Source: Octopus sinensis
Taxonomy: Eukaryota
Length of the DNA: 64,000 nucleotides
Assembly: GCF_006345805.1 (NCBI RefSeq)
Contig: NC_043001.1
Location: 70,494,001 to 70,558,000, forward strand
Direction: 5' to 3'
Part shown: positions 39,061 through 51,570 of the stretch, in pieces
Position numbering within the stretch: position 1 is the stretch's first letter
How the letters are laid out: each line of letters starts with the position of its first letter
Program-made: the position numbers and the translations under genes
The notes under the pieces: model-generated
Told to the model about the DNA's origin: nothing
Databases searched by the model: none
Seen by the model: the letters and a program-made list of their open reading frames with translations, nothing else

Positions 39061-39967
39061 GATTTTCTTTTTTTACTGTGTGGGTGGTTCTGGATTTGGG
39101 GATCAGTTTTGTCTCTGCCAGTGCTAACCAGTGTGGTATGCTACTGTACCCAATGAGAGCTTGTGTTATAGATTGATAATATATGGTCAGTAGAATGTTA
39201 GCGTCTTGTACCAATATCCAACAATCAAGTCACTTTCAGGTGCTTTTCCATTCTGGAGTTCCTGGATCAGTTACAAGAGCTTCACTATCAATGTTGTTTG
39301 TCTTGGATGTAACGCAGGGGCAATAACTTTTTCGGATTTCCTCCAGCCACAGGGCATCATGGTTATATTCCGTCTCTTCACTCCAGATTTCACTCCAGAA
39401 GGAGTTTATGTCTTCTCGTGGAGGAGCTTCCGTGATGTTTACTGCTCCTTCTCTCCTGTCTGTGTATACTGCTGCCTGGTTGCGGTTAAATTTTTTGTTT
39501 ATTGTTCTCTCGGTTATTCTCTTCTGATGTCGGAGTTATTCACTGACAGTTTTAGCTGCTGCTTGAGAGTAATCAGTTTTCGAGTGTCCTCTTTTTTGCT
39601 GTCTCTAAACATCATTTCTATCTCCTTTACTTTCTGTTGGTAGGACGTATAGTGGTTTGTTTGTTTGCATGCAATAAGCATCATTACATGACTAATAGTC
39701 TTCCATAAACCAGTTTTCTTTTTCTCTCTCTTCAAAACCCACGATGATACTTTCTTTCTAATTTCGGTTTTGTTTACTTTTCGAAAATCATTCATGTACT
39801 AGTTTACAGTAGTAGCCAGAGCATATAGACAGGCGTTAATCTGCCAGTAAGTGTTTTTTTTTATTTACTTTGGTATAGAAAACCCTCCTCGAGAGAGTGC
39901 TTCAAAGTCGAAGTTAATTTTCTCGGAAAATTTCAGTAAGGGACCATTTCATTGGCATATAATCCTG

Positions 39968-40011
<44 letters not shown>

Positions 40012-40560
40012 AATAATCGTTGCTGTTGTGCCTGCTATAGTCGTAGTAGGAGGGGCAGTGGTCAGTTACTTGACCCAGTAATGTAGCAGGCACTATGGAA
40101 TGTGTTGGAATGTCGCTAGCTTCGAAATCACGTAGTGGTCTTATGTTATTCACATATTCATTTTTGTTTATAGAGTTGGAAAGAAGGTTAAATTTCGAAT
40201 TTTTTATACAGTTACAGTTACTAACCTTCTTCCTATGCTTTACAGCTGTTGCTTGTTAGCGTAGTTACTTCGCAGTAAAATTAGTTAATTCTGGATGCAG
40301 ATCGTCCCATTATGATTTCAATTGATTCATATAGCCAACAGCAGGGTTTTATTTCGCTTTTTTGAAGCAATTAAATAGATTATTATTCAATTCATAACTC
40401 CAAGAGGAATGAGTTTTGTAGTTAGGGTTCTTCTATAACTACAGCTAGAAAGAATTTGTTTACCTGTTGAGCTGTTGCTTTCGTTCTGTTCCTCGATTGT
40501 GTTGTTGATGTTGCGTCCAACTATGTAGTTTGTAGTAACTCTCTGCATGCTAAATTCAAG
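39060..40560 (-). mobile_element. N-terminal half of an R4/Dong-like LINE ORF, decayed and interrupted by (ACT)n at about 39966-40010
   Basis: GYMNQLKS*WDDLHPEL (about 40330), TYWQINACLYALATT, IVGYWYK and PHWLALAETKLIPKS. Confidence 0.75.
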
Positions 40561-40807
40561 TTTCAGTCAAAAATTACTACGATCGTAAATAAAAGACTCC
40601 CTCTGTTAATCCATCTGAAGATTAACCAGTTGTTTAACAAGGCTGATAGTTGTGGTTCCAAAGTTGGAGATAGTATTATCGTATTTTTGATAAATAGTTA
40701 CCCACGTCAAATACGCGAATTGTCGTTTGAGTATGTCAGATGTATGTATGTATGTATGTATGTATGTATGTATGTATGTATGTATGTATGTATGTATGTA
40801 TGTATGT

Positions 40808-41050
40808 AGGCCTTTTCAATCTCAAGCACGGATTTTATAATTAATTTCTTTTAACTAAACACTTTGAAACTTCAGATACTGGTTGAATGTGTCACGTAGA
40901 ACACGGTTTACTCTGAAGGCTATAGCCAAAATTTTATATTTTAGAAGTTATTTCATGTTAAAGTTGTCGTTTTGGAGTAATTTTAACCAATCAATGACGT
41001 GTATTCATCTGAAGAAAGTTACTGCTGCTGTTTGCGAACAATATCTGGGT
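40808..41050 (+). mobile_element. End of a non-autonomous DNA element; inverted homologue at 43860-44120
   Basis: The ORF-track peptides YFRSYFMLKLSFW...KVTAAVCEQ (+) and YFRSYFVLKLSYL...NVTAAVCEK (-) reflect about 240 bp of reverse-complement similarity. Confidence 0.75.
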
Positions 41051-41252
41051 CCATTGATAAAACGACGAATCTTTGATAACAGAAAAATTTTAACTAAAAG
41101 TCTCCCCTTAGAGATGCTTTATAGCAAGATATATGAGAATGTGTCCATCTATCCATCCATCTATATATCTATCTCGAGCGTTAAACTAATATATCTTCTG
41201 TTGTTTACACACCTGTCATCGTCTTTTGTTTTGTTTATTTTGTAAATTCCAA

Positions 41253-41357
<105 letters not shown>

Positions 41358-41509
41358 TAATGATAGGCAGAAGTTACAGAGTGACAGTAGCCAAATTCGT
41401 GTTTAATAAATGCCAATACACGAAACTCAGCTTTTGACTTACTCTCTAACTTCTGCAAATGATATATATACATATTACATATATGTGTAAAAAAAATCTC
41501 GTCGCGCAA

Positions 41510-43460
41510 CCGAACCAATGAAAGACCCTCTACCTGGTCGCTAGACACATGCATAAAATAGCAGCCAAAGTATTCCCCTACCTAAATCACACGCCCATAG
41601 TGCGTAATGTTCTATTGGTTGTCCGGAAATTTCGTGCTGATTTATAGTAGCTTACCTTTCGACTAATTTTAGAACATGGTTGAGTCCATAAAATAGGATA
41701 TTACTACACCTCAATTTAGAGCACAGTTTAAGCTATCTTATCGTAAAAAAGATTTATGTTCCTATTACTTGTGTTAGTTCTGTAACCCTTTAAAATGGAG
41801 GATAAGAAAGTTCATTTTCAGCACTTGATGCTTTTCTTTTTCCGTAAAGGGAAAAATGCCTCACAAGCAACGAAAGAAATATGCGCAGTTTACGGCGATG
41901 TTTCTTTACCCGAAAGAACTGTACGGAAGTGGTTCGCAAGGTTCCGAGCTGGAGATTGTAGCCTTATTGATAAAGAGCGATCAGCCTGATCATCCACTAC
42001 AGATGATGACCAAATCAAGTCATTAATTGAGATTAACCCACATTGCACAACCTGAGAATTGGCAGAAAGCCTCAAAATAACAAAATCCGTCGTTTATGAG
42101 CACCTGGTGACGCTTGCGTACACAAACACTACGATATTTGGGTACCACATGAGTTGAGTGATGAGAACCTTTTGGATCGCATTTCCATCTGTGATTCTCT
42201 TTATAAACGGAATGAAAACGCGCTTTTTTAAAGCAAATTGTGACAGGTGATGAGAAGTGGATTATCTACCGAAATGTTCAGAGAAAATGATCCTGGAGTA
42301 AGCAACATGAACCACACTTAGCCACGCCAAAAGCGGGTCTTCACCCTAAAAACGTCTTGCTTTGTATCTGGTGGGATTGGAAAGGAATTCTGTACTATGA
42401 GTCTCTCCCAAGTAACTAGACAGTTAATTCTGAGAAATACTGAACACAACTGGACGAGTTAGAAGCAGCAATTCAAGAGAAACGTCCAGAATTGGCCAAG
42501 AGGAAGGGTGTTGTTTTCCAACATGATAATGCAAGACCGCACGTTTCTTTGGGAACCAGACAAAAATTGCTGTAGCTCAGCTGGGATATGATACCCCACC
42601 CTCCATATTCACCAGATATTGCTCATTCGGATTTCCACTTATTCAGGTTTCTGCAGAATAGTCATAATGGTAAAAATTTCAATTCCTTGGACGACGTAAA
42701 AAGATACCTTGATGAATTCTCTGCCGTGAAACCACCTCAATTCTGGGAAGAGGGTATTTTCAAGATAAAGGAAAGATGGAGACGCATTGTGCAACAAAAT
42801 GATTCATATTTGGTTGATTAAGATGTAATTACAAGCATTTATTGACCTTTTTCTTACCTTTAAAAATCGGCATGAACGTTCCGGACAACCCAATGTATTA
42901 TCCCTTAAAAGACGGTTTCCTGAAGGCTGGAATGTCTTTCATGATAGGTTTGCTGTATCAAGGTTGATTTGAGGCTAAATAACAACAAAATTATTACTGA
43001 GACTTATCAACGGCAGAGCCTGTATGTGGTTGCATGACCTGCTAGAAAAAAGTAGCCACACTCTTCTATATACAGAATAGAAAAACTTCTATCCTGTGAT
43101 ATACACGTAGAGTCCATTATGTCTGGGAAGAAAGACAGAATGGTCACAGCTGGGATGTCTTTGATCATATCTGTTCAATCAGATCCGAATCGGGACTAAA
43201 CAACAGCTGACAAAAGGAACGAGATGAGGCAACGAGAGAGCCTTTACTTGGTCGCTCGAGTTCCTAGAAAGAGCAACCAAATCTTCCTGACAAAAATAAA
43301 GGATGAAATTTCTGTCTTCAAGAAAAAAGAAGCAAGTTTATATTATTTTATAATTTTCAGTTAGGAATTCATTACTTCTAGAAAAGAATAAGATAAAATG
43401 GTCATAGCTGGAACGCCTTTTCTCGCAGATCCATTACAGTCAGATCTATCCTGTGGTTAG
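41510..43460 (+). repeat. Three tandem diverged copies of a short interspersed element; the first is split by the mariner
   Basis: Repeated order CCTCTAC.TGGTCGCT.GAC..GC..AA.AGCA.CCAAA ... GGTCA..GCTGG.A.GTCTTT.ATC...CTAAA.AAC at about 41520/42900-42990, 43010-43205 and 43225-43460. Confidence 0.65.
41613..42896 (+). mobile_element. Near full-length mariner, mellifera-subfamily-like, with pseudogenised D,D34D transposase
   Basis: About 30-bp TIRs: TATTGGTTGTCCGGAAATTTCGTGCTGATTT (41613) and AAATCGGCATGAACGTTCCGGACAACCCAAT (42864-42894). Transposase motifs MEDKKVHFQHLMLFFFRKGKNASQA, WVPHEL, IVTGDEKWI, HDNARPH and HPPYSPDIAHSDFHLF, stop at 42821, with several internal stops and frameshifts. 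Confidence 0.95.
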
Positions 43461-43659
43461 AACAATATTCTTCACTGAATGATGAAGCAGCTAAAGTTAA
43501 AGAAAAGTTGAAAGAATAAAAGATAGCAACTATCCATATTCCAAATATTGTAATTCCTTTGACTAGCGTAATTTATTCAAATTTTCTTATGAAATAAATA
43601 GAAAATGTTATAGGAACTCGGTATATATTACGGCTAATATCCAGTGTTGTACGAGAGTA

Positions 43660-44120
43660 GTTTCACGGATTTTGTCAATCTCAGTCACAGATTATTACAT
43701 TAATTTTTTAAAACTAAACAGTTTGAAACTTCGGGTTCTGGTTGAATGCGTTAGAGGTTTTTCTAGTCTGTATATAAAAAAAGTTTGGCTACTTTTTCTA
43801 GCAGGTCATGCAACCACATACAGGCTCTGTGGTTGGTATGTCTCAGTAATAATTTTGTAAATATAATGTGCCGTAAGTTGTTTTTCGCAAACAGCAGCAG
43901 TAACATTCTTCAGTAGTATACACGTATTTGATTGGTTAACATTACCCAAATACGACAACTTTAACACGAAATAACTTCTAAAATACAAAATTTTGTCAAA
44001 ATGCTTACAGTAAACCGTATTCTACGTGATGCATTCAATCAGTATCCGAAGTTTCAAACTGTTTAGTATTTTAAAAAATTAATTTAAAAATCTATGACTG
44101 AAATTGAAGATCCATGCACG
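43660..44120. mobile_element. Foldback structure: two inverted ends of the DNA element at 40808 enclosing a locally derived filler
   Basis: CTAAACAGTTTGAAACTTCGG (about 43715) pairs with CCGAAGTTTCAAACTGTTTAG (about 44046). Filler 43752-43858 is the reverse complement of 42985-43091. Confidence 0.8.
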
Positions 44121-44125
44121 TTTAT

Positions 44126-44320
44126 ATGCGGCATGGCTATGTGGTAAGAAGCTTGCTTCCCATTCACATGTTTCCGGGTTCAGCCCCACTGCGTAGCACC
44201 TTCGGCAAATATTTTCTGCTATAGCCTCGAGCCGACCAAAGCCTTGTCAGTGGATTTAGTAGACGGAAACTGAAAGAAGCCCATCATATTATATATATGT
44301 ATATATATATATAATATATA

Positions 44321-44364
<44 letters not shown>

Positions 44365-44928
44365 GGGAAAAGACCTCTATTAGGTAATTCAATAGTGAAA
44401 GACATCTATATTATATAGAAAAAATTTTAACATATTATAATAAATATTATTAAAAAATCACTAAATTAAAGAACATTTACTTAATTTAGTGATTTTTTAA
44501 TAATATTTATTATAGTATTTAAAATTTTTTTTCTGTATAATATAGATAATGTCTTTCACTATTGAATTACTTAATAGAGGTTATTTCTCTTAATTATATA
44601 TATACATATATTATATATTGTGAAATTAGATTTAGAATTGCTAAACTGAATTTTTCTCTGTAAGTTTGGAATTATATTCCCTACGATATATATATATATA
44701 CATATATATATATATGAATGTATATATTTGTGTATCTGTGTTACCCCACCACCATCACTTGACAAACGATGCTTGTGATTACGTCTCCGTAAACTTAGCC
44801 TTTCGACAAAAAAGACCCATAGAATAAACACTAGGCTTACAAAGAATAAGTCCTGTGGTCGAATTGTTCGACTAAAGGTGGTGCTCCAGCATGGCCGAAG
44901 TCAGATGACTGAAACAGGTAAAAGAATA
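44126..44928 (+). mobile_element. SINE family A with nested insertions in its internal (TA)n
   Basis: Head 44126-44290 and tail 44730-44928 (GGTGGTGCTCCAGCATGGCCG...GAAACAGGTAAAAGAATA). Confidence 0.88.
44358..44596. mobile_element. About 240-bp AT-rich foldback (palindromic MITE-like) element
   Basis: About 112-bp arms around an 11-nt loop (44470-44480). Termini TAATTAAGGG...CTCTTAATTA, inserted in (TA)n. Confidence 0.9.
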
Positions 44929-44930
44929 CA

Positions 44931-45041
<111 letters not shown>

Positions 45042-45329
45042 TATATATATATATATATATATTGATTAACCCACACATAATATATGTGTGTCTGCACCCA
45101 TACTCAAATTTCTAGCTATACATAGTGATACAGCAGGGGCTGATCGTATCATTATCACCAACTCAACATCCCCTGCCACCTTTAACAGAACAACCACCAT
45201 CATGATCTCCCCACCCTTCTTCAGCCCCACTAGAATTACCCCTGCCCCAACCTCTACTATCACTGTGTGTTATATTTACTTCCTCTCTGTTTCCTATTCT
45301 GATCAATAAAATTAAAATAGCAAAACGAA

Positions 45330-46790
45330 ATGCAATAAATATTAATGACAAAAATAACGGAGTGCAGAAGATGGAGGTGGGAAAGAAGGCGAGAATGAGA
45401 GGAAAAATAATATAGACTGAGAGAGGGAAAGAAGAGAGGCAACTGAAAAAGTGTTTAAGGAAGTGGGAAGAATGTAGTACAAGGGAAAGTGAGAGGGGGA
45501 TAAGTTTTAGTGGAAGGCATGTCAGAAAAAAGGAAATAAAATCTATGTGAGAAAGAGAAATAGAGCGAGTGAGTAAATGAGTGAGTGAGTGAGGGACAAA
45601 GTGAAAGAGAGAGGCAGAGAGACAGGAGAGAACAAAGAGATGTGGAAGGTGTTAAAGAATGAATTAAAATAAAACGAGAAATGGGTAAAAGGAGGAGGTG
45701 AATGTTAGAAGATTGAAGAAAATGGGAATACAATACGAAGGAGAATGATTGAGGGAAAATGGCAGCAAAATAAAAAAAACAAAGTGTTGCAAATAAATGA
45801 ATTGGGATATTTTTAGATATGTGAGTATTGAGTGTGAATGTGAGTGCAGGTTATAGAAGGAGGGTAGTGAGTGAAGTTGTGACGATATTCAGAGTGCGAG
45901 AGTAAGAGAGAGCAAAAATCGGTATAAGAAAACTGGCGCCTAACAGGAAAAAGAAATATAGCTAAAAGAATGAGTAAGAGGAGATGAAGCAGTAGGAGAG
46001 GGAGTAAATGTGTTGTGTGGGGTAAGAGTCAGCAAGAAATTACTGCTGGAGATGAAGAATGTGTCTGAGATAGTGGAGAAATATGAGGAAGACACTGTAA
46101 GAATAAAAATAAACAGGCAGATAAGATACAGAGAGACAGAGCAAGTGAGTGAGTGAGTGAGTGAGTGAATGAGTGAGTGAGTGAGTGAGTGAGTGAGTGA
46201 GTGAGTGAGTGAGTGAGTGAGTGAGTGAGTGAGTGAGTGAGTGAGTGAGTGAGTGAGTGAGTGAATGAGTGAGTGAGTGAGTGAGTGAGTGAGTGAGTGA
46301 GTGAATGAGTGAGTGAGTGAGTGAGTGAATGAGTGAGTGAGTGAGTGAATGAGTGAGTGAGTGAGTGAGTGAGTGAGTGAGTGAATGAGTGAGTTGGTGA
46401 ATGACTGAGTGAGTGAGTGAGTGAGTGAGTGAGTGAGTGAGTGAGTGAGTAGGTGAGTAGGTGAGTGAGACAGGGATAATTGGATGGAAACGTTCGCTAG
46501 CGAACGAGTGAGGAGTTAATTATGAGAAAGTGTGTGTGAAAGAGGGGGCATGAGAAAGAGAAAGAGATAGAGGGAGATGTATAAAAGAGCAAAGCTTATG
46601 AAAGTGTTGTGAGGGAATAAATATAAAAGAAAGTGCATATAAAAAATAGAAAACACAAGAGAGCATTTAAAATATAGGAGAGAGTGACAGAGAAATAGAG
46701 AGAGAAACTGGGGGAAAGAGTTAGAGAGAGAGAGAAAAAAGCGAATGAAAAAGATGGTAATATTTTGAATATGTCAGTCACCGTCCCCAC
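45330..46790. repeat. Purine-rich low-complexity block including about 330 bp of (GAGT)n at 46145-46470
   Basis: Very low C content on the plus strand; the tetranucleotide array is directly visible. Confidence 0.85.
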
Positions 46791-46989
46791 CTAGTTTACT
46801 GAAAAGCGACGGAGAGTTGGTACCAAGCAGGATTAAAAATATAACCTGTCAAAGGGCGGAAGGGCCACTCAGAGGGAAGCCAACGGCCAACCATATCTGC
46901 AGAGCAGACTGGCGCCACCAGTGTTATCTTCTGATTAAAACGCTGCATGATCATGCAGCCAAACTTCAATATCATACTGGGTCGGCTTG

Positions 46990-47520
46990 GGCTGAGAATA
47001 AAACAAAACACTAATATCAGCAACAATACCTCAGACATTTTTCTTAAGACGAATTAATTATTATGCGAAACAACCAAAGTAAAAGTTAAAAGCATAACAA
47101 ATTTCGTTGATAGTTGGAACTTGGCATTTACGAACTATTTATCAATCTGAAAAACGACAACAGCTAACTTAGGAGATGGAGAGATACCGTTGGAACATTT
47201 TATAGGAATGGTTGACGTAAAATTGAGAAACTGTAAAGAATTTATGACAAATACAGGCCATAAAATATGGTTAGGTTGGCAAGAAAGCAAACATGAAAGG
47301 TGCAGAGGTTACATGGTGCATAAAAATAACTTTGAAGTCTGTAACATGTTGCACAACGATTTCCAGTAAAATACACACTATAAGATTGGCAGTTAAGCCA
47401 TACAACAGCTTAATCAACCGATGTTAAGTTCCAACTAACGAATACAATGACGTAAAAGTGAAGAACTATCAAGACCTTGAAAAAATAATTGGCAAAAATA
47501 AATCAGCAAATAAATATATA
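46990..47520 (+). mobile_element. Possible decayed Penelope-like linker and GIY-YIG remnant
   Basis: KTNIS (about 46998), FIGMVD.KL (about 47198) and KPYNSLINRC (about 47395) occur in the PLE order but are heavily mutated. Confidence 0.4.
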
Positions 47521-48039
47521 AATGAAGATTTATTTATAATTCAAGGTCACTAGAATGCAAAGATTAAAGATTGGCTCAGATGATTATCGCAATAAAAAAG
47601 GGAGAATTAGTGAAGTAAAAATATTTTTAAAATCTCGACAAAGTGCGTAGATAATCAGAAGTGTCCAAAACAACTCACACTAATTGCAGCAGCTACAAGA
47701 TTCCTCATCTTCGGTGATAAAAACGCCCAAAGTTTTATACATACATACATGCATGCATACATTCATACATGCATACATACATACATACATACATACATAC
47801 ATACATACATACATACATACATACATAATTACATACATACATAATTACATATATACATATATACATACATAATACATACATACATACATACTTACATACA
47901 TTTGTAAGATTCATTAGATATTTCCAAAAATTCTCCATATGAGATTCTTATGAGAATAGATAGAAACAATTGAATGTATGTATCGACAGTTCAACCAACG
48001 CAACACAACCACATATTTACAAACACCAAGAACTGTCTT

Positions 48040-49040
48040 AACTCAAAATATTTTGTTGCTGAACTATCAACAGGCTTCAACACTGATTTTGAGGAAAGCA
48101 AAGTCTGGTTATATATTCAAGAGCCGCCATCACATAGACGACCTCAAACTTTATGATAAAGAAGAAAACCAAGTCAGTTTCCTAGTTGATACGGTGTATA
48201 ATGTCAGTGCTGATATCAGAATGGATTTCGGACTGAGAAAGCATGTTAGTCTTGAAGAGAGGCAAAACCAAATGCATGGACGAGCTAGCGATGCCGTCGG
48301 CAGAGGTTATGAAGTATATAGAAGAGACGGGCAATAAGTACTTGGAGATATTGGAAATGGATATATTGATGGAGAAAGAAATGACAGAAAAAATTAAGAT
48401 GGAGTACTTGCGATGATTGAGACTGGTCCTTAAGTCGAAATTAAACGGATGGAATAAGATTGTAGATATCAAAACCTGTGCGGTTTCACTCCTTAGATGT
48501 GGAGCAGGAGTAATCGCATGTACAGTAGATGAACTAAACAGCTTAGACAGGAAGCTGAGGACGTCGCTGACTAGATATGGGTCACTCCACACAGAAGGTG
48601 ACACAGACAGACTTATGTACCAATAAAAAGAGGGGCAAGAGGACTTATTGGATGCAAACACAGTATTAGAGCAGAAGAAAACAATATAGCAAGGTATGTA
48701 AAAAATGCAACAGAACCGATATTATTGGAAGTTCGAAGGTCAGGCTTGTATAGGATGAAACGTTGCAAACATAAAGCACTCTAGAAATACTTGAGAATGA
48801 ATGAAACTAGAAATAGGAGGGTAAAGAAAAGAATGCATCGACAATTTCATAGGGATGTTGTAAGTCACTCAGACAGAGACAAAAGATGGCTATGGATGAC
48901 TAAAAGTGATTTAAAACTGGAAACGGAGGCTCTGATCTCTGCTGCCCAAGGGCAAGCATTAAGAACCAAATGCATCAAATACAAAATAGATAACATTTCA
49001 GAAAGTGATAAGTGCAGAATTTGTGGACAAAACGGACTTT
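48040..49040 (+). mobile_element. R4/Dong-like LINE fragment, RT C-terminal part to zinc knuckle (distinct subfamily)
   Basis: IDDLKLYDK...IRMDFGL, KYLEILE, LKSKLNGWNK, LDRKLR and KSDLKLETEALISAAQGQALRT...DKCRICG. Confidence 0.88.
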
Positions 49041-49049
49041 ATTCCTCAC

Positions 49050-51295
49050 TCCCGTAAATAAAATTAAAAAAACAAAAAACATAAATGGACACGGGAGGAA
49101 TATATTTCAATCCTACACGCTTATTTTACAGCAGTGTTCTAGCCACAGAACGAAAACACAACAACATGTACGTATAAGATCTAGAAGAAAATAACTTAGA
49201 TAAAGATTTGCATACAGTAATGAACCTTGATAAACTATCTAACGTACGGAGAATATCAGAAATAGAAATAGAACTCTCAAAAGTAAAGGTATATTAGGAA
49301 AACGTAGATAGTAACCACACAGCAATGCCAAATATCATAAGCACCGTGACTCTAAAATAGGAAGACAGACGTAACATGTTCAACAAAAATGAAGTAAACA
49401 GCAAAAGACAACAAACCTATACCGTAAGAATGTATAATGATGAGCAAAATGCAGCAACACAGACAAAAATATGAACGGGAGGGAATACGAATCAAATCTA
49501 AATCCTGGAAACAGTAAAGGTGAACCTAATGATTATGATACTCTACAAATGAGCATAATCAAATAATTGAAAGCCACAGATCTCAGTATGGACCACCCAT
49601 TGTACCTACCAAAATTTAAAATTGATGATAAAGCAATATCAATAATAAATAGCATGAATCTGGCCGTCACAGAACTAATAGTCAGAGAAATAAATGTTAA
49701 CATAACCAAGCTAAACGATATGATATATGCAGCGGCTTCTGTGGCCACAAAAGAAGATAGACAACCCTTTAATCCCGTACAAACGGGAGTATCACCACCA
49801 AAACATACTTTGTGGATAAATAATATTCAGAAAAAATAGAAAATATGAGAAATGATCTGTGAATCCTTAATGAAACTAGTAGACAATCAACGCTACTAAG
49901 CAACAAGAGAAGAAAAATACTACGTAAATACAAAATTACACAAGGTATACTTGAGATAAAACAATAGCTATATTAAGATATCCTCGCAAAAGCACAGCGT
50001 ATCCGCAAGTATGAGAAAAGCAAACATTTCCTTGAACAAAACAAACAGTTCAACTCGAACACCAAACGATTCAACCAAGAACCTGGCAAAAATTAAAATA
50101 GAGATCAAGGCAGCACCTACAGTAGAAGTGGAAGAATTTTGGAAAGAGATATAGTCGGCGAAGGAACAACTCAGAAAAGATCTATCAAAACAACGAGCAC
50201 AGCATCTGAAAAACACTGGACCCTATAACAACCGAAGAGGTCACCCAGGCACTTGAGAAACTAAGCAACTGAAAGGCACCCGAGCACGAAAGATCCCAAT
50301 TTCTGATTAAAATAGCTAGCAGGAAGACAAAAGAAGCTGGCTTAAAAATTTAGTGAATGGCTCACAGAAGGGAACACTACCCTAATTCTCAAATCCACTG
50401 AAACGGCAAACCCACAAAACTACAGACCGATATGTCTCCCTAAAATTTACAAAGCCTTTGCTGCAATAATATCGCAGAGAATGGGCAAACACCTGATAAA
50501 AAACAAGCTGCTTACAGAAGAGCAGAAGGGATGCAGCAAGGGTTCATAGAGCTGTAAATATCAGCTACTGATCAAGAAAGCCATTCCTGAAGACAGCTTC
50601 AGAAAGAAGAAGGGTTTGAGTATTGCCTGGATCGATTACCGAAAGGCTTTTGATAGTATTTCTCACACATGAATCCTTGAAACACTAGGCATGATGAAGG
50701 TAGCTCCAAAAATCATAAAATATATAAAACATTCCATGAATAAATGGTAGACAGGGCTACAGCTTCAGACAAATGAGAGACCCATAAACATCAAAGCCAT
50801 CCTCATTAGAAGAAGAATATTCCAAGGAGCCACACTTTCTCCACTCCTTTTCTGCTTGACACTGACACCTTTATCTGACATGCTAAACAGAACGGCAAAA
50901 CAATCAGCTATCTCTTGTATATGGATGACCTAAGTTGTACGCTGCAAATGATAAACAGCTGGAAACATTAATACAGACGCAACATGGATTTACCAAAGAA
51001 ATAAACATGAAATTTGGCTTAGAAAAATATGCCAAAGCAACTTTGAAAAGAGGAAACCTAGTTAAGAGTAGCAACATCACCTTAAATAAAGCAAATGAAA
51101 TAAGACAATTAGACCAAAAGCAGACATGCAAATACTTAGGAATCAATGAACTAGATACGACACAACACACACAAATGTAAGAGAAGATAAAAAGGAATAC
51201 TATATATGAGTCAGATTAATATTGAAAACAGAACTCAATGCAAAAAAACAAGATAATAGGTATTAACACTCTATCCATCCCAGTTATAATTTAAA
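49050..51295 (+). mobile_element. R4/Dong-like LINE, N-terminus through RT, decayed and 3'-truncated
   Basis: KHKWTREEYISILHAYF, NYRPIC, EEQKGCSKGS, AWIDYRKAFDSISH, IFQGATLSPLLFCL, YMDDL and KYLGINEL. Confidence 0.92.
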
Positions 51296-51297
51296 GC

Positions 51298-51495
51298 TAT
51301 ATCAAGATAAACAGTGCATGAACTTGCAGGTGGTACCCAGATAGAATGTACTTTGGGTATGTGCTGTAGTATGTCGTGATGCTCATATTTTTACTGTATT
51401 GAAAGTGTTTTACTAGATCCTGCCTTGCTTGCAGCATGTCTCTTTCAACGCGTCGTTTCCACCGTGGTTCTTTTACTCCACCATTTTTTGTTCTC

Positions 51496-51500
<5 letters not shown>
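51298..51500 (-). mobile_element. About 200-bp internally deleted LINE remnant abutting (ATT)n at 51497-51650
   Basis: KEPRWKRRVERDMLQARQDL (linker region) is joined to a C-terminal-like segment. Confidence 0.5.

Positions 51501-51570
<70 letters not shown>

Noticed and set aside
34897-40560. Idea that 39060-40560 and 34897-36727 are halves of one LINE split by insertions
   Set aside because: The order fits, but the 34897 piece matches the 49050 subfamily, whose N-terminal and linker sequence differs from 39060-40560.
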